Program-made: the position numbers and the translations under genes
Shown here: in pieces, positions 28,364 through 38,816 of the stretch
How positions within the stretch are numbered: position 1 is the stretch's first letter
How the letters are laid out: each line of letters opens with the position of its first letter
DNA from: an uncultured bacterium
GTDB taxonomy: Bacteria > Acidobacteriota > HRBIN11 > JAKEFK01
Direction: 5' to 3'
Assembly (NCBI GenBank): GCA_963777505.1
Contig: CAVZQN010000008.1
Location: forward strand, 480,001 to 544,000
DNA: 64,000 nucleotides
The notes under the pieces: generated by a model
Told to the model about the DNA's origin: nothing
The model's database searches: none
The model's input: only the letters and a program-made list of their open reading frames with translations

Positions 28364-30637
28364 CTACTGCCGCGCCAGCTCGATCGCCACGTCGGCCTTG
28401 GCCGTCTCCTTCCGCTCCGCCGACTTCTGCGCCGGCAGGTCGATGACGAGTTCGTGGAGCTTGCCCTGGAAGGCGAACGCGCCCGTGTAATCGTCGCTGA
28501 CGCCGATGTGGTCGTCGCGGCCGACATAGAGGTTGCCGCCGGAGTGCCGGCGGATCAGGAACGCGATGTCGACACCCGGGCCGCACGGCTTGCCGTCGAT
28601 GAGCACGGTGCCGCGGCCGACGCGGCCGATGCGTTCGATGGTGAAGCCGACGTTGAGCTTGCCGGTTGCCAGGGGCTTTTCCGACACCGACTTCAGGTGC
28701 TGGCCGAACAGGTTGTAGTCGAACACCAGCCGGTTCTTGTGCACATAGAGCGTGAAGCCGCTGCGGTGGTCGCCATAGGCGAACAGGCAGCCTTCCTGCT
28801 CGGTCGATGCGCGTTCGATCGCGGCCGACACGATCAGCGTGCGGTTGCCGAGCTGCGGCGCCGTCGACAGGCGGATTTCCTCGAACGGCGGCGTGTAGAC
28901 ATAGCGCTTACGGCTGCGCGGGTCGCTCCAGCCGCCGGCCGGACGCCAGAGTTCGGCGCGGCGGTCGTCGAGCGGCAGCACGCCGTTGCGGCCGGCCTCG
29001 ATCCACCACAGGTCGATCATCTCGCGCAGTTTCTCGGGGTGCTTCTCGGCGAGGTCGTGACACTCCGAGAAGTCGGTGTCGACGTGATAGAGTTCCCAGT
29101 CGTCGTTATCGAACGAGGTGTCCGGCTCATGGTAGGTCACGGCCTTCCAGCCGTTGGCCCAGATGCCGCGGTGACCGAACATCTCGAAATACTGCACCTG
29201 CTTGCGCGTCGGCGTCGACGCGGCCTCCGGCGCAAAGGCGTAGAACAGGCTGGTGCCGTGCACCGGCATCTGCGGATGACCGTTGACGATGTCCGGACGC
29301 GACGTGCCGACCGCCTCGAAGATGGTCGGCGCAATGTCGGTGACGTGGTGGAACTGGTGGCGGATGCCGCCCTTGTCGCTGATGCCGGCCGGCCAGTGCG
29401 CGATCAGCGGATCGCGGATGCCGCCACCATGGGTGTTCTGCTTGTAGCGCTTGTTCGGTGTGTTGCCGACCGCAGCCCAGCCCCAGGGATAGTTGTTGAA
29501 GCCTTCCGGCGTGCCGATCTGGTCGATGCGTGCGATCGACTCTTCGATCGGCTCCGGCCGGCCGTTGAAATAGCGCGAGTAGTCGACCATGCCGGACGCG
29601 CCGCCTTCCTGGCTGGCGCCGTTGTCGGACATCAGCAGGAACAGCGTGTTGTCGAGTTCGCCACGGGCGGCGAGGTCATCCATCAGCCGGCCGATCTGCG
29701 CGTCGGTGTGTTCGAGGAAGCCGGCGAAAGCCTCCTGCAGGCGCAGCGCCAGCGTGCGTTCATCCGGCGTGAGTTCGATCCAGGCCTTCACGCCCGGATT
29801 GCGCGGCGCAAGGTCAGTATCCGGCGGGATGATGCCAAGCTGCTTCTGCCGCTCGTACCACTCCTTCCGCACCACATCCCAGCCGGCGTCGAACTTGCCG
29901 CGGTACTTGTCGATGTATTTCTTCGGCGCCTGATGCGGCGCATGCGTCGCGCCGAACGCGACGTAGAGGAAGAACGGCTTTTCCGGCACGGATGCCTTCT
30001 GCGCGTGCACCATGCCGATCGCCTGATCGATCAGGTCTTCGCTGAGGTGATAACCCTCATCAGGCGTCTTCGGCGGCTGCACCGGATGATTGTCGCAGGT
30101 CAGATCCGGACGCCACTGGTCGGTCTCGCCTTCGAGGAAGCCGTAGTAGCGGTCGAAGCCGCGTGCGAGCGGCCACTGGTCGAACGGGCCGGCCGGCGAT
30201 GTCTGCTCCATCGGGGTGAGGTGCCACTTGCCGACGGCGAAGGTGGAGTAGCCGCCCGGCCGCAGCACTTCGGCAATCGTCGCCGCGCTCTTCGTCACGG
30301 TGCCGGTGCAGTTCGGATAGCCCGTGCTCCAGTTGGCGAGCCCGCGCATGCCGACCGAATGGTGATTGCAGCCGGTCATCAGCGCGGCGCGGGTCGGTGA
30401 GCAGAGCGCGGTGGTGTGGAAATTGGTGAAGCGCAGTCCGTTCGCCGCCAGGCGGTCGATGTTCGGCGTCGAGATCGACGAGCCGTAACAGCCGAGATGC
30501 GCAAAGCCCATGTCGTCGAACAGGACCACCACCACATTCGGCGCGCCCTTGCGCGGCCGCGGCAGGTCCGGCCAGTGCGGCGTGCTCTCGTGGACGGTGC
30601 GGCCGATCTTGCCCTGAAAGCGGGACGTCGATGCCAT
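28364..30637 (-). CDS. Arylsulfatase (Cys/formylglycine type)
   Basis: Intact 757 aa; PNVVVVLFDDMG, CSPTRAALMTG, GKWHL, SDNGAS, EMFGHRGIW. Confidence 0.95.
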   Translation of the reverse strand: MASTSRFQGKIGRTVHESTPHWPDLPRPRKGAPNVVVVLFDDMGFAHLGCYGSSISTPNIDRLAANGLRFTNFHTTALCSPTRAALMTGCNHHSVGMRGLANWSTGYPNCTGTVTKSAATIAEVLRPGGYSTFAVGKWHLTPMEQTSPAGPFDQWPLARGFDRYYGFLEGETDQWRPDLTCDNHPVQPPKTPDEGYHLSEDLIDQAIGMVHAQKASVPEKPFFLYVAFGATHAPHQAPKKYIDKYRGKFDAGWDVVRKEWYERQKQLGIIPPDTDLAPRNPGVKAWIELTPDERTLALRLQEAFAGFLEHTDAQIGRLMDDLAARGELDNTLFLLMSDNGASQEGGASGMVDYSRYFNGRPEPIEESIARIDQIGTPEGFNNYPWGWAAVGNTPNKRYKQNTHGGGIRDPLIAHWPAGISDKGGIRHQFHHVTDIAPTIFEAVGTSRPDIVNGHPQMPVHGTSLFYAFAPEAASTPTRKQVQYFEMFGHRGIWANGWKAVTYHEPDTSFDNDDWELYHVDTDFSECHDLAEKHPEKLREMIDLWWIEAGRNGVLPLDDRRAELWRPAGGWSDPRSRKRYVYTPPFEEIRLSTAPQLGNRTLIVSAAIERASTEQEGCLFAYGDHRSGFTLYVHKNRLVFDYNLFGQHLKSVSEKPLATGKLNVGFTIERIGRVGRGTVLIDGKPCGPGVDIAFLIRRHSGGNLYVGRDDHIGVSDDYTGAFAFQGKLHELVIDLPAQKSAERKETAKADVAIELARQ

Positions 30638-31011
30638 GATGCCTCCCTGAAGTCTTTGTTCTTAGCCTTTTTGCCCGTCCCGGCGAGCGGGCACCGGGCC
30701 TTTGAAGGATATTGCACAGGCATATGCAGAAAGAAAGCCGGCAGCAAACGACCCGCGGGCTTTGGACTGTCCAAAACCGGCTGATGCTCGTCCAGCTCGA
30801 TGTTGCCGTCGGTCGCGACCGCTTTCCAGAGGTCATATTCGGACTTCACCCCGGCGCCGTAACCCATGGGCGAACGGAAGGTAACGATGTGCACTAATTG
30901 ATTGGTGCGCCATGATTTTTTCGGCGCGGTATCGATGCAGGGTTCTCGCTCCCGTATAGTCCCGCCTTCCGGCCCCCAAGGTGCGGCCGAAGCGGGCGGG
31001 AGATTTGCGCG

Positions 31012-32042
31012 GTGCATTTCAGGATTTTACTCACCCACACCCCGCAGTCGCGGCGGCAATATTACGGCGAGCGGGCGTTGCGCGGACTGCAGCGGCTGGG
31101 TGAGGTGTCTTTGCACGAGGCCGATGATGCGCTCGACGTCGCCGGTCTGGTTCGTGCCGCGCGCGATGCCGACGTGATCGTCGCCGATCGATTGACGGCG
31201 GGACCTGCGGAAGTCTTCGCGCAATTGCCGAAACTCCGCGCCTTCGTCCGCTGCGCGGTCGACATCCGCAACGTCGATGTCGAGGCTGCGTCCGCCGCCG
31301 GCGTGCTGGTGACCCGCGCGGGGCCCGGGTTCACGCAGTCGGTCGCCGAACTCGCGCTCGGATTCATGATCGATCTGTCGCGCGGCATTTCGCGCGCAAC
31401 CGCTGGATTATCGTGCCGGGCGTGCGCCCGACGTCATGATGGGACGGCAACTGTCGGGCTCGAGCGTCGGCATCATCGGTTACGGCAGCATCGGGCGATA
31501 TCTCGCGAGCATCGTTCAGCCGCTCGGAATGACGGTGCTGGTCACCGATCCGTTCGCCAAGGTCGACGAGTCCGGATATCCGGCACGTGCCGCTCGACGA
31601 ACTGCTGCGGCGGGCCGACTACGTGATCTGCCTGGTCGTGGCCAACAAGGACACGGAAAACCTGATCGGCGCCGCGCAGTTTGCATCGATGCAGCCGCAC
31701 GCCGTCTTCATCAACCTGTCCCGCGGCGAACTGGTCGACGAGGCGGCGCTTGCCGCAGCCTTGCGCGACAGGCGTATTGCCGGCGCCGCCATGGATGTCG
31801 GCCGCGCGCGCGACCAGATGCCGAGCGCGGAGCTGGCGCGCATGCCGAACGTGATCGCGACGCCGCATATCGGCGGCCTGACGCCGCCGGCGATCGAGTA
31901 TCAGGCGCTCGAGACGGTGCGGCAGGTGGCGGCGATCATCCAGGGCGAGGCGCCGGCTGGCGCCGTCAACGCGGAACGCTGGACGCGGCGAGCCGGTCCC
32001 GGGCTGATTTGTGCTAAGGGACGGCGCAAGCCGTCGCTTTGA
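31012..32042 (+). CDS. D-isomer-specific 2-hydroxyacid dehydrogenase (frameshifted)
   Basis: SVAELALG, VGIIGYGSIG (Rossmann), FINLSRGELVDE, AMDV, TPHIGG across three ORF fragments. Confidence 0.88.
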
Positions 32043-32055
32043 ACCGGAACGATCG

Positions 32056-32431
32056 ATGACATCCGTTGAGCCCGTCTGCCGACAAGCCCCGGCGCAAATG
32101 GGGCTGGATCTTCCTTTTGGCGTTTGTCGTGCAGGCCGCCGTGTTCGTCGTTCTGATCGGCCAGATCGCGCGCCAGATGCCGTCGGCGACAGTCCTCGTG
32201 GAAAATCCGGCAGACGCCGAGCCCGCAGGGCGCGCCTGCGCCGGCTGCAGTTGAGCGCCGGCGGATGCCGAGCGGCTGCGGCTCAAACTTGCGCTGTTGC
32301 TGCTCGCCGCCAGCACCTGTTCGATTGTCACGCTGGCCGGCGCGCTGATCGGGCTGCGCAGGCCCCCGCCGGCGCAACCGGACACGGACGACGATCCGCC
32401 GCCGGCAGCGAGCCGGAGTGAGCCGCGCTAG
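32056..32431 (+). CDS. Small two-TM hypothetical protein interrupted by an in-frame TGA or local indels
   Basis: TM1 WGWIFLLAFVVQAAVFVVLIG; after TGA 32252-32254 the same frame reads APADAERLRLKLALLLLAASTCSIVTLAGALIGLRRPPP...TAG (32431). Confidence 0.5.
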
Positions 32432-33998
32432 TACGAATAGTCCAGCGCCTTGTACATGACGTTCTGGTGGATCATGTGCGGCCGCGCGCCCTTCAGGCGC
32501 TTGTTGGTCACCATGTGCAGGCCGACGTTCATCACCGGAATCCAGAGATGATTTTCGCTGATGCGCTTCTGCGCGAGGCCGTAGTACTTCGCGCGGTCCT
32601 TCTCGGTCAGCGCCGAGCGGCCGGCCTTCAGCCATTCGTCGGTCTGCGGATCGTTCCAGAACATCCGGTTCGGCACCGGGATGTTCGATGAATCGAAATA
32701 GTAGTTCAGAAGATCGCCGGCCGAGAGGTAGGAGTACGTCACGGTCCAGAGTTCGTAGTCGAGTTCGGCCATCTTCGCCGGCGCAATCGTCGAGTCGAAG
32801 CCGATGATGTTCCAGTCGACGCCGATCTGGCGCATGTAGCCCTGGATCGCCTCGGACACGCGCGGACCGTACGAGACCGCGGTGAAGTAGACCTTCGGCG
32901 CGAGCTTCACGCCGTCCTTGTAGCGGAAGCCGTCGGGGCCCATCTTCCATCCGGCCTCGTCGAGCAGCTTCTTCGCCCGCTCGACGTCCTCCTTGACGTG
33001 CGTCATGCCGTCTTCGTAGTCGAGCGCCGCCGGATCGACGAAGGTGTAGGCGGGGTCGGCGTGGCCCTGCACCGTGCTCTTGACGATGTCGGCGCGCTTG
33101 ATGGCGATGCTCATCGCCTCGCGCACGCGCGGATCGGCGACCAGCGGCCGGTTGGTCTTGAAGCCGAAGTAGTTGAGCAGGTGCATCGGTTTCGCCTGCT
33201 GCACCTGCAGCATCGGCGCCTTGCTGACCTGATCGAGGAATTGCAACGGCATGTTGTGGGTGATGTCGAAACTGCCGCTCATCATCGCCGCGACGACGGG
33301 CAGAGTCCTCGGGCACGATGGTGATGACCATCTTCTCGAATTTGACCGGACCCTTGTTCTTGTACATCGACGGGCCCCACTTGTAGGCGTCGTGCCGTTT
33401 GAGCACCGTCTGCGTGCGCGGCTTGCCAGGACTCGAAACACCACGGACCGGTGCCGTCGATCGCCTGCGTGCCGTAGTCCTTGCCGTGCTTCTCCACGCT
33501 CTCCTGATTGTGGATCGCCATGCTGAAGCTCGAGAAGTTGAGCATCAGGTCGGAGTAGGGCTCGTTCAGCTCGTACTCGACGGTGTAGGGGTCGGGGGTG
33601 CGCAGGTCCTTCACGTTGCCGGCGCGCCATTTCAGCGGCGCCTTGGTGGCCGGATCGAGCAGGCGCTTGAAGCTGTAGACCACGTCGGCGGAGGTGAACT
33701 TCTTGCCGCTAGCAGAACTGCACGTCGTCGCGCAGCTTGAAGGTGTAGGTCTTGCCGTCCTCGCTGATGGTCCAGGATTTGGCGAGATAGGGAATGACGG
33801 TCCGGCCGTCCCAGTCGAGCGCGACCAGCGTGTCGAGGATCATGTTGGTGACGTCGGCGGTCGGCGCCCAGGTGGTGCGATGGCCGTCGAAGTGCGGCGC
33901 GTCGAGCGACTTCATCACCTTCAGCGTCTGCGCCTGCGCGGTCGAAGCCGCACAGGCCAGCATCGCCGTCGCCGCAATCCCTTCGCGATCCCGCGCAT
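32428..33998 (-). CDS. ABC transporter substrate-binding protein, family 5 (peptide/nickel type), frameshifted
   Basis: Signal peptide, LAKSWTISEDGKTYTFKLRDDV, GTGPW, DPRVREAMSIAI, AKKLLDEAGW; RBS GGGAG before the ATG at 33998. Confidence 0.9.
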
Positions 33999-34035
33999 CG
34001 TCGTCTCCCTTTACGTTCTTATTGAATTCTCCGTA

Positions 34036-34325
34036 CTTCCAGGTCGCCAGTTGGACGTCGCATGCGAAACGCGCTGAGGCCCGAAGACCTCGCGGCAGCG
34101 ATCATCTCGATGATTTGTATGCGTCTGCGTCAGCCCACTGCGGGCTTTCGGGACCGGTCAGGCAATGGATGTGCTTCCACCCCACGCGTATCACTCCCGG
34201 AACAGGCGCTGACAAGTCTTGCGCTTCCATGGCCCGTCGCCGAAAGCTTGCAGCCTCACCCCGTTGGCGTCAAGGATGCGATCGCGTTGCGGTGCCGCAG
34301 GCTGTCGCGATCTGACACCTGGAAG
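34036..34325 (-). ncRNA. Candidate ~290-nt multi-domain structured RNA or non-autonomous element in the leader of the SBP gene
   Basis: Terminal inverted repeat CTTCCAGGT (34036-34044 / 34317-34325); nested stems GATCGCG, GCTTTCGG/CCGAAAGC, a GAAG-loop stem, a cUUCGg hairpin (34076-34091), ATCAT/ATGAT and CGCAT/ATGCG; G-U wobbles work only on the minus strand; no credible ORF. Confidence 0.6.
34245..34273 (-). promoter_or_regulatory. sigma70-like promoter inside the structured element
   Basis: Minus strand TTGACG-N17-CAAGCT, pointing toward the SBP gene. Confidence 0.55.
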
Positions 34326-34450
34326 CTGGCAGGATCACAGCCGTGCCCTGCGGCGCGACGCTTGGTCTGCTTCCGTACAATGCGCCTGCACTGTGCTGTG
34401 GTGGTGTGGAGTGCGGCGACGCGAGTAGATCGCAGCGCGGCTAAGCCACC

Positions 34451-34927
34451 TCAGCCTTCCGATACGCCTTCGGTGATCTTCGCGAACTGCTCGTCGTTGT
34501 ATTCGGTCTGACCGATCAGGACGCTGCAGCCGATGTGCTTGATCACGTAGATGCCGACCGATTCCGACCACCACTGCGCCAGCACGCCCTTGCGGCGGTG
34601 GCCGGCGACCACGAGATCGGCGCCGATTTCCTGGGCGACCGAGACGATCACCTCGCCCGGCCGTCCCCAGCCGAGGCGGAACTCCGGCGAGAAGCCGATC
34701 GCGCGAAGCCGCTGCACGCCTTCGTCCAGCACCGCCTGATAGGCGATCTGTTCTTCGCCGATCACCTGCGCGTAGGCGCCGTCGGCCGTGCCGAGACTGA
34801 CCGAGTTGTCGATCACGGCGAGCAGGAACACTTCTGCGTTGCAGCGCAGCGCGAGTGCTGCGCCTTCGCGCAGTGCGCGCCTGCCTTCGGTCGATCCGTC
34901 GTAGGCAAGAAGAATTTTCCGATACAT
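34451..34927 (-). CDS. Universal stress protein
   Basis: MYRKILLAYDGS, GADLVVAGH, SVG..VIKHIGCSVLI; RBS GGAGGAG. Confidence 0.92.
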   Translation of the reverse strand: MYRKILLAYDGSTEGRRALREGAALALRCNAEVFLLAVIDNSVSLGTADGAYAQVIGEEQIAYQAVLDEGVQRLRAIGFSPEFRLGWGRPGEVIVSVAQEIGADLVVAGHRRKGVLAQWWSESVGIYVIKHIGCSVLIGQTEYNDEQFAKITEGVSEG

Positions 34928-35093
34928 GTCGCGCTCCTCCGTCCCTGAAAGGAGATGCAATGTCTTCGGGTTCTTGTTCGTGCGCTCCAGTCTGAAGCGC
35001 GTGGCCCTTCGCTGTCTGTATGACTTTAGGCCATGCGCCGCCGTCCGCAAGACGGGCACGTGCGCATTCTGTCAGCTTTGGTACGGCTGGCGT

Positions 35094-35994
35094 TCACACC
35101 GCCCAGGACGGCAGCGGCTGCATGCGCTGCTTGATCCACGTCAGCAGGCTTTGCACCGCGGCACGGCGGATCTTGTTGGTCGGAATCAGCGCCTTCAGCC
35201 ACAGCTCCGGCACCGGATAGTCCGGCAGCAAGGTTTGCAGCTGGCCGGCTTCGATCGCCGGCCGGGCGATGTAGCGCGCCACCATGGCGATGCCGAGGCC
35301 GCGGCAGGCGGCGCTCTGCAGGATCTGGCTGTCGTTGGCGGAGAAGCGCGAGCGCACGTCGACGTTGATCAGCCCGCGCGGGCTTTCGAACGACCAGGTC
35401 GAACCGGTGGTCTGGAAGGTCAGGCAGTCGTGGCCGATCAGGTCGATCGGATGTTTCGGTTCGCCCGCGCGCGTCGATGTAGGCGGGCGCGGCGCACAGG
35501 ACGCGCGGGTAGGGCGACAGCGGCTCGTCGATCACGTTGGCGTAGGACGCGGGCATCGCGCCGATGGCGATGTCGAAATCCTCTTCCACCGGGTTGACCG
35601 AGCGGTCGATCAGCACGAGGTCGATGGCGATGCCGGGATGGGCGACCTGGAAGTCGTTCAGGATTTCGCCGAAGTTGAGGATCGCCAGCGTCGTCGGGCA
35701 TTTGATCCGCAACTGGCCCTCGATCCGGTCCGTGGCGCTGACGCGGCGCCGTTGATGGCGTCCTCGACGTCGCCGACGATGGTCTGGTAGCGCGGGAAGT
35801 AGCGCTCGCCGGTTTCCGTCAGCGACAGCTTGCGCGTCGAGCGCACGAACAGCTGCGCGCGCATCTGGTCTTCCAGGCGGTTGATGCGCTTGACGATCAC
35901 GGATGGGGCAACGCCAAGCTCGCGCGCGGCGGCCGAAAAGCTCCCGGCCCGGGCCGTGGTGAGAAAAGCCTTTATATTCAGAAGTGTAGTTCAC
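35094..35994 (-). CDS. LysR family transcriptional regulator (CrgA-like), frameshifted
   Basis: HTH AGSFSAAARELGVAPSVIVKRINRLE, LFVRSTRKLSLTETG, FDIAI, VLCAAPAY, GLGIAMV. Confidence 0.9.
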
Positions 35995-35998
35995 ATGC

Positions 35999-36119
35999 CT
36001 TTCTCCAATCGAGAAAGCTGAGTTGTCCCGCGTTCCTGCGGCAATCCGGCATCGACCGGTCTGGCCGCGGAACTATCCTTGTTCCCAATAGCTTAGCCGC
36101 CTTTCTCGTTTCGAGAAAG
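35999..36119. promoter_or_regulatory. Two LysR-type operators (T-N11-A palindromes)
   Basis: CTTTCTCG-TTT-CGAGAAAG (36101-36119, perfect 8-bp arms) and CTTTCTCC-AAT-CGAGAAAG (35999-36017) in the divergent lysR/oxidoreductase spacer. Confidence 0.75.
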
Positions 36120-36199
36120 CTGTTGGTCACTGATGCTGCTTTTTCGCCCATTTCGACGCGGACTAGCATCGCGCCAAGAACAAAGACGGGAGAAGGCGC

Positions 36200-37521
36200 A
36201 TGGCGGAAGCGGAAGGCACCCGGATCGTCCGCAGGCCGGGCAAGGGCGCGGTGCGCAAGGTCGAAGGCGACATCTGCGTCGTCGGCGCCGGCGCCGCCGG
36301 CGCCTCCGCGGCGATCGAGGCGGCCCGGCTCGGGCGCAAGGTGATCCTGGTCGACGGCATGCCGGCGCTGGGCGGGCAGGCGGTGAATTCGATCATCGGC
36401 ACGTTCTGCGGCCTCTTCTCCAACGGCACGCACGGCTACCAGTTCACCCACGGCATCGCCGACGACATCATGGAGACGCTCGGCAAGAACAGCGAGCAGC
36501 TCTATTACCGCAACGGCCCGCACACGACGGTCGTCTACTACGACGAGGTCGCGCTCGGCCGCTGGATCGAGCGCACGGTGCGCGAGCTCGGCATCACCGT
36601 GATCGTCGGCGCGGTGATGCGCGATGTGCGATGTCGAAGGCCGGCGCATCAAGACGCTGCATCTGGCCACGCGCTACGGCGACGTCGACGTGCAGGCGAC
36701 CGGCTTCGTCGACGCCAGCGGCGACGCGGCGCTGGTCTATCAGGCGGGCTTTGCCTGCCGCGAGCCGACCAGCCCGATCTACGGCACGCAGATGGTGATG
36801 CTCGAGAACATCGACGAGGCGAAGCATCCGACGCGCGAGGAAATCCCGGCGAAGATGAAGGAGAAGGGCGACAAGTACGGCCTCGTCCGCCGCGAGGGAC
36901 TTGGCTTCGTCATTCCCGGCCGCGGCGTCGCCGCGATGAACATGACCCATGTGGAGACGCCGCTCGATCCGATCGAAGCCTCGATCAAGGGCGATTGACG
37001 GCAAGGACCAGGCCGACCGCGCGGTCGAGTTTCTGCGCAACGAGTTCCCCGAGTGCTTTCGGCAAGGCGCGCATTCGCGCCTACGGCTTTCCCGGCATCC
37101 GCCAGACCCGCTGGATCGTCGGCCGCCAGCAGCTCACGGTCGACGACGTGCGCGCCGGCACGAAGTTCCCGGACGCCGTTGCGCGCACCGCCTGGCCGAT
37201 CGAATTGCACGACCACTCCGACGGCCATCACTGGCAGACCTTCGGCGATCGACCATGTGCATTATGTGCCATTGGCAGCATGATCCCGGCCGACGGCGAC
37301 AACGTCGTCGCCGCCGGCCGCTGCATCGATGCGCGACTGCGCGGCGCTGTCGAGCGTGCGGGTGATGGGCCCGTGCATGGCGATGGGCGCGGCGGCCGCC
37401 AATGCGCTCGATCTTGCCGGCACCGGCAGCGTGCACCAGATCGACATCCAGGCGCTGGCGCAAGCGCGTGCACGACAATATCGAGACCAAACACATGCGA
37501 TGGCCGAGCAAGGCGGCCTGA
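36200..37521 (+). CDS. FAD-dependent oxidoreductase (FAD_oxidored family), frameshifted
   Basis: DICVVGAGAAGASAAIEAAR, LGG, FVDASGDA, GIRQTRWIVG, WPIELH, AAGRCID, SVRVMGPCMAMGAAA. Confidence 0.88.
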
Positions 37522-37535
37522 CGGCAACGCGTGAC

Positions 37536-38816
37536 ATGAAACTGACCGACGACGAGAAAGAGATGCTCGACGGCGTCCACGGCCGCGCGAAAGCGCGGGC
37601 GATGGACCTGCTCGTGCGCTACGGCGAGGCGCTCGGCGCCGAGCGGCTGGTGGAGACCAACAATGTCGCCGGCGCCTTCAATGCCTCGACGCCGTCGGTG
37701 CGCGAACTTGTCGAAGAAGGGCTTCGATGCGGTCTATTCGGAATTCAATCTCGACAGCGCGGAAGTGGTCGAGGTGCCGAAGATGGTCGCCCACACCTGC
37801 CAGCTGATCACCGGCATCGACAACGCCAACTGGCGCATGCAGGGCATTCCGGACGATCTCGCCGAGCAGCAGAAGCGCGGCGAGGAATTCTTCGGCAGCC
37901 GCGGCATCAACATGTTCGCGACCTGCACGCCCTATCAGGTCGGCAATGTGCCGGTGAAGGGCGAGCATTGCGCCTGGATGGAATCCTCCGCCGTCGTCTA
38001 TTGCAACTCGGTGCTCGGCGCGCGCACCAACACCGAGGGCAAGGAGAGCACCGGCGCCGCGGCGCTCACCGGCCGCATTCCCTACTGGGGCTATCACATC
38101 AAGGAGAACCGGCGCGGCACCCATCTCGTCGAGGTGGACATCGACGTCGACGACATCATGGACTGGGGCCTGCTCGGCTACTACCTCGGCGAGATCGTCG
38201 ACGACGAGATCCCGGTGCTCGACCGGCCGCTACAAGCAGCCGAGCCTGATCAAGCTGAAGCATTTTGGTGCGGCGGCGGCATCGTCCGGCGGCGTCGAGA
38301 TGTACCACATCCCCGACATCACGCCGGAAGCGCGCGACGGTCGAGGAAGCGTTCGGCGGCAATCCGGTGCGCGGCATCGTCCGTTATGGCGAGAAGGAGC
38401 GGCGCACAGCTTACGAGAATCTGAACTGCGCCACGCGACCGCAACGTCGATTTCGTCATGCTCGGCTGCCCGCACAATTCCATCGACCAGGTCTGGCTGA
38501 TCGCGTCGCTGCTCGACGGCCGCAAGATCAGCGCCAATACCGAGCTCTGGGTGCATACGCCGCGCGGCGCTGCGCGAGGTCGCCGATCGCAACGGCTACA
38601 CGAAGATGATCATGGACGCCGGCGGCCATGTCATGAGCGACACCTGTCCGGCGATCTCGCGCGCACATGCCGAAGGGCACCAAAGTGGTCGCGACCGATT
38701 CGGCCAAGCAGGCGCATTATCTGCCGGCCATCACCGGCGTGTCGGCCTGGTTCGGCTCGGTCAAGCATTGCGTCGAGGCGGCGGTCAGCGGCCGCTGGGA
38801 CGGAGGCCTGCGATGA
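37536..38816 (+). CDS. acnX: Aconitase X catalytic (large) subunit, DUF521, frameshifted
   Basis: MKLTDDEKEMLDG, TCTPYQVGN, AWMESSAVVYCNSVLGARTNTEG, LKHFGAAAASSGGVEMYHI, LGCPH, DTCP, TDSAKQAHY. Confidence 0.88.

Noticed and set aside
28454-30400. Long antisense or alternate-frame ORFs (e.g. 28454-30400, 16282-17859, 39471-41441, 43269-44744)
   Set aside because: Shadow ORFs of high-GC coding sequence, Arg/Ala/Pro-rich or mirroring a recognisable gene on the other strand.
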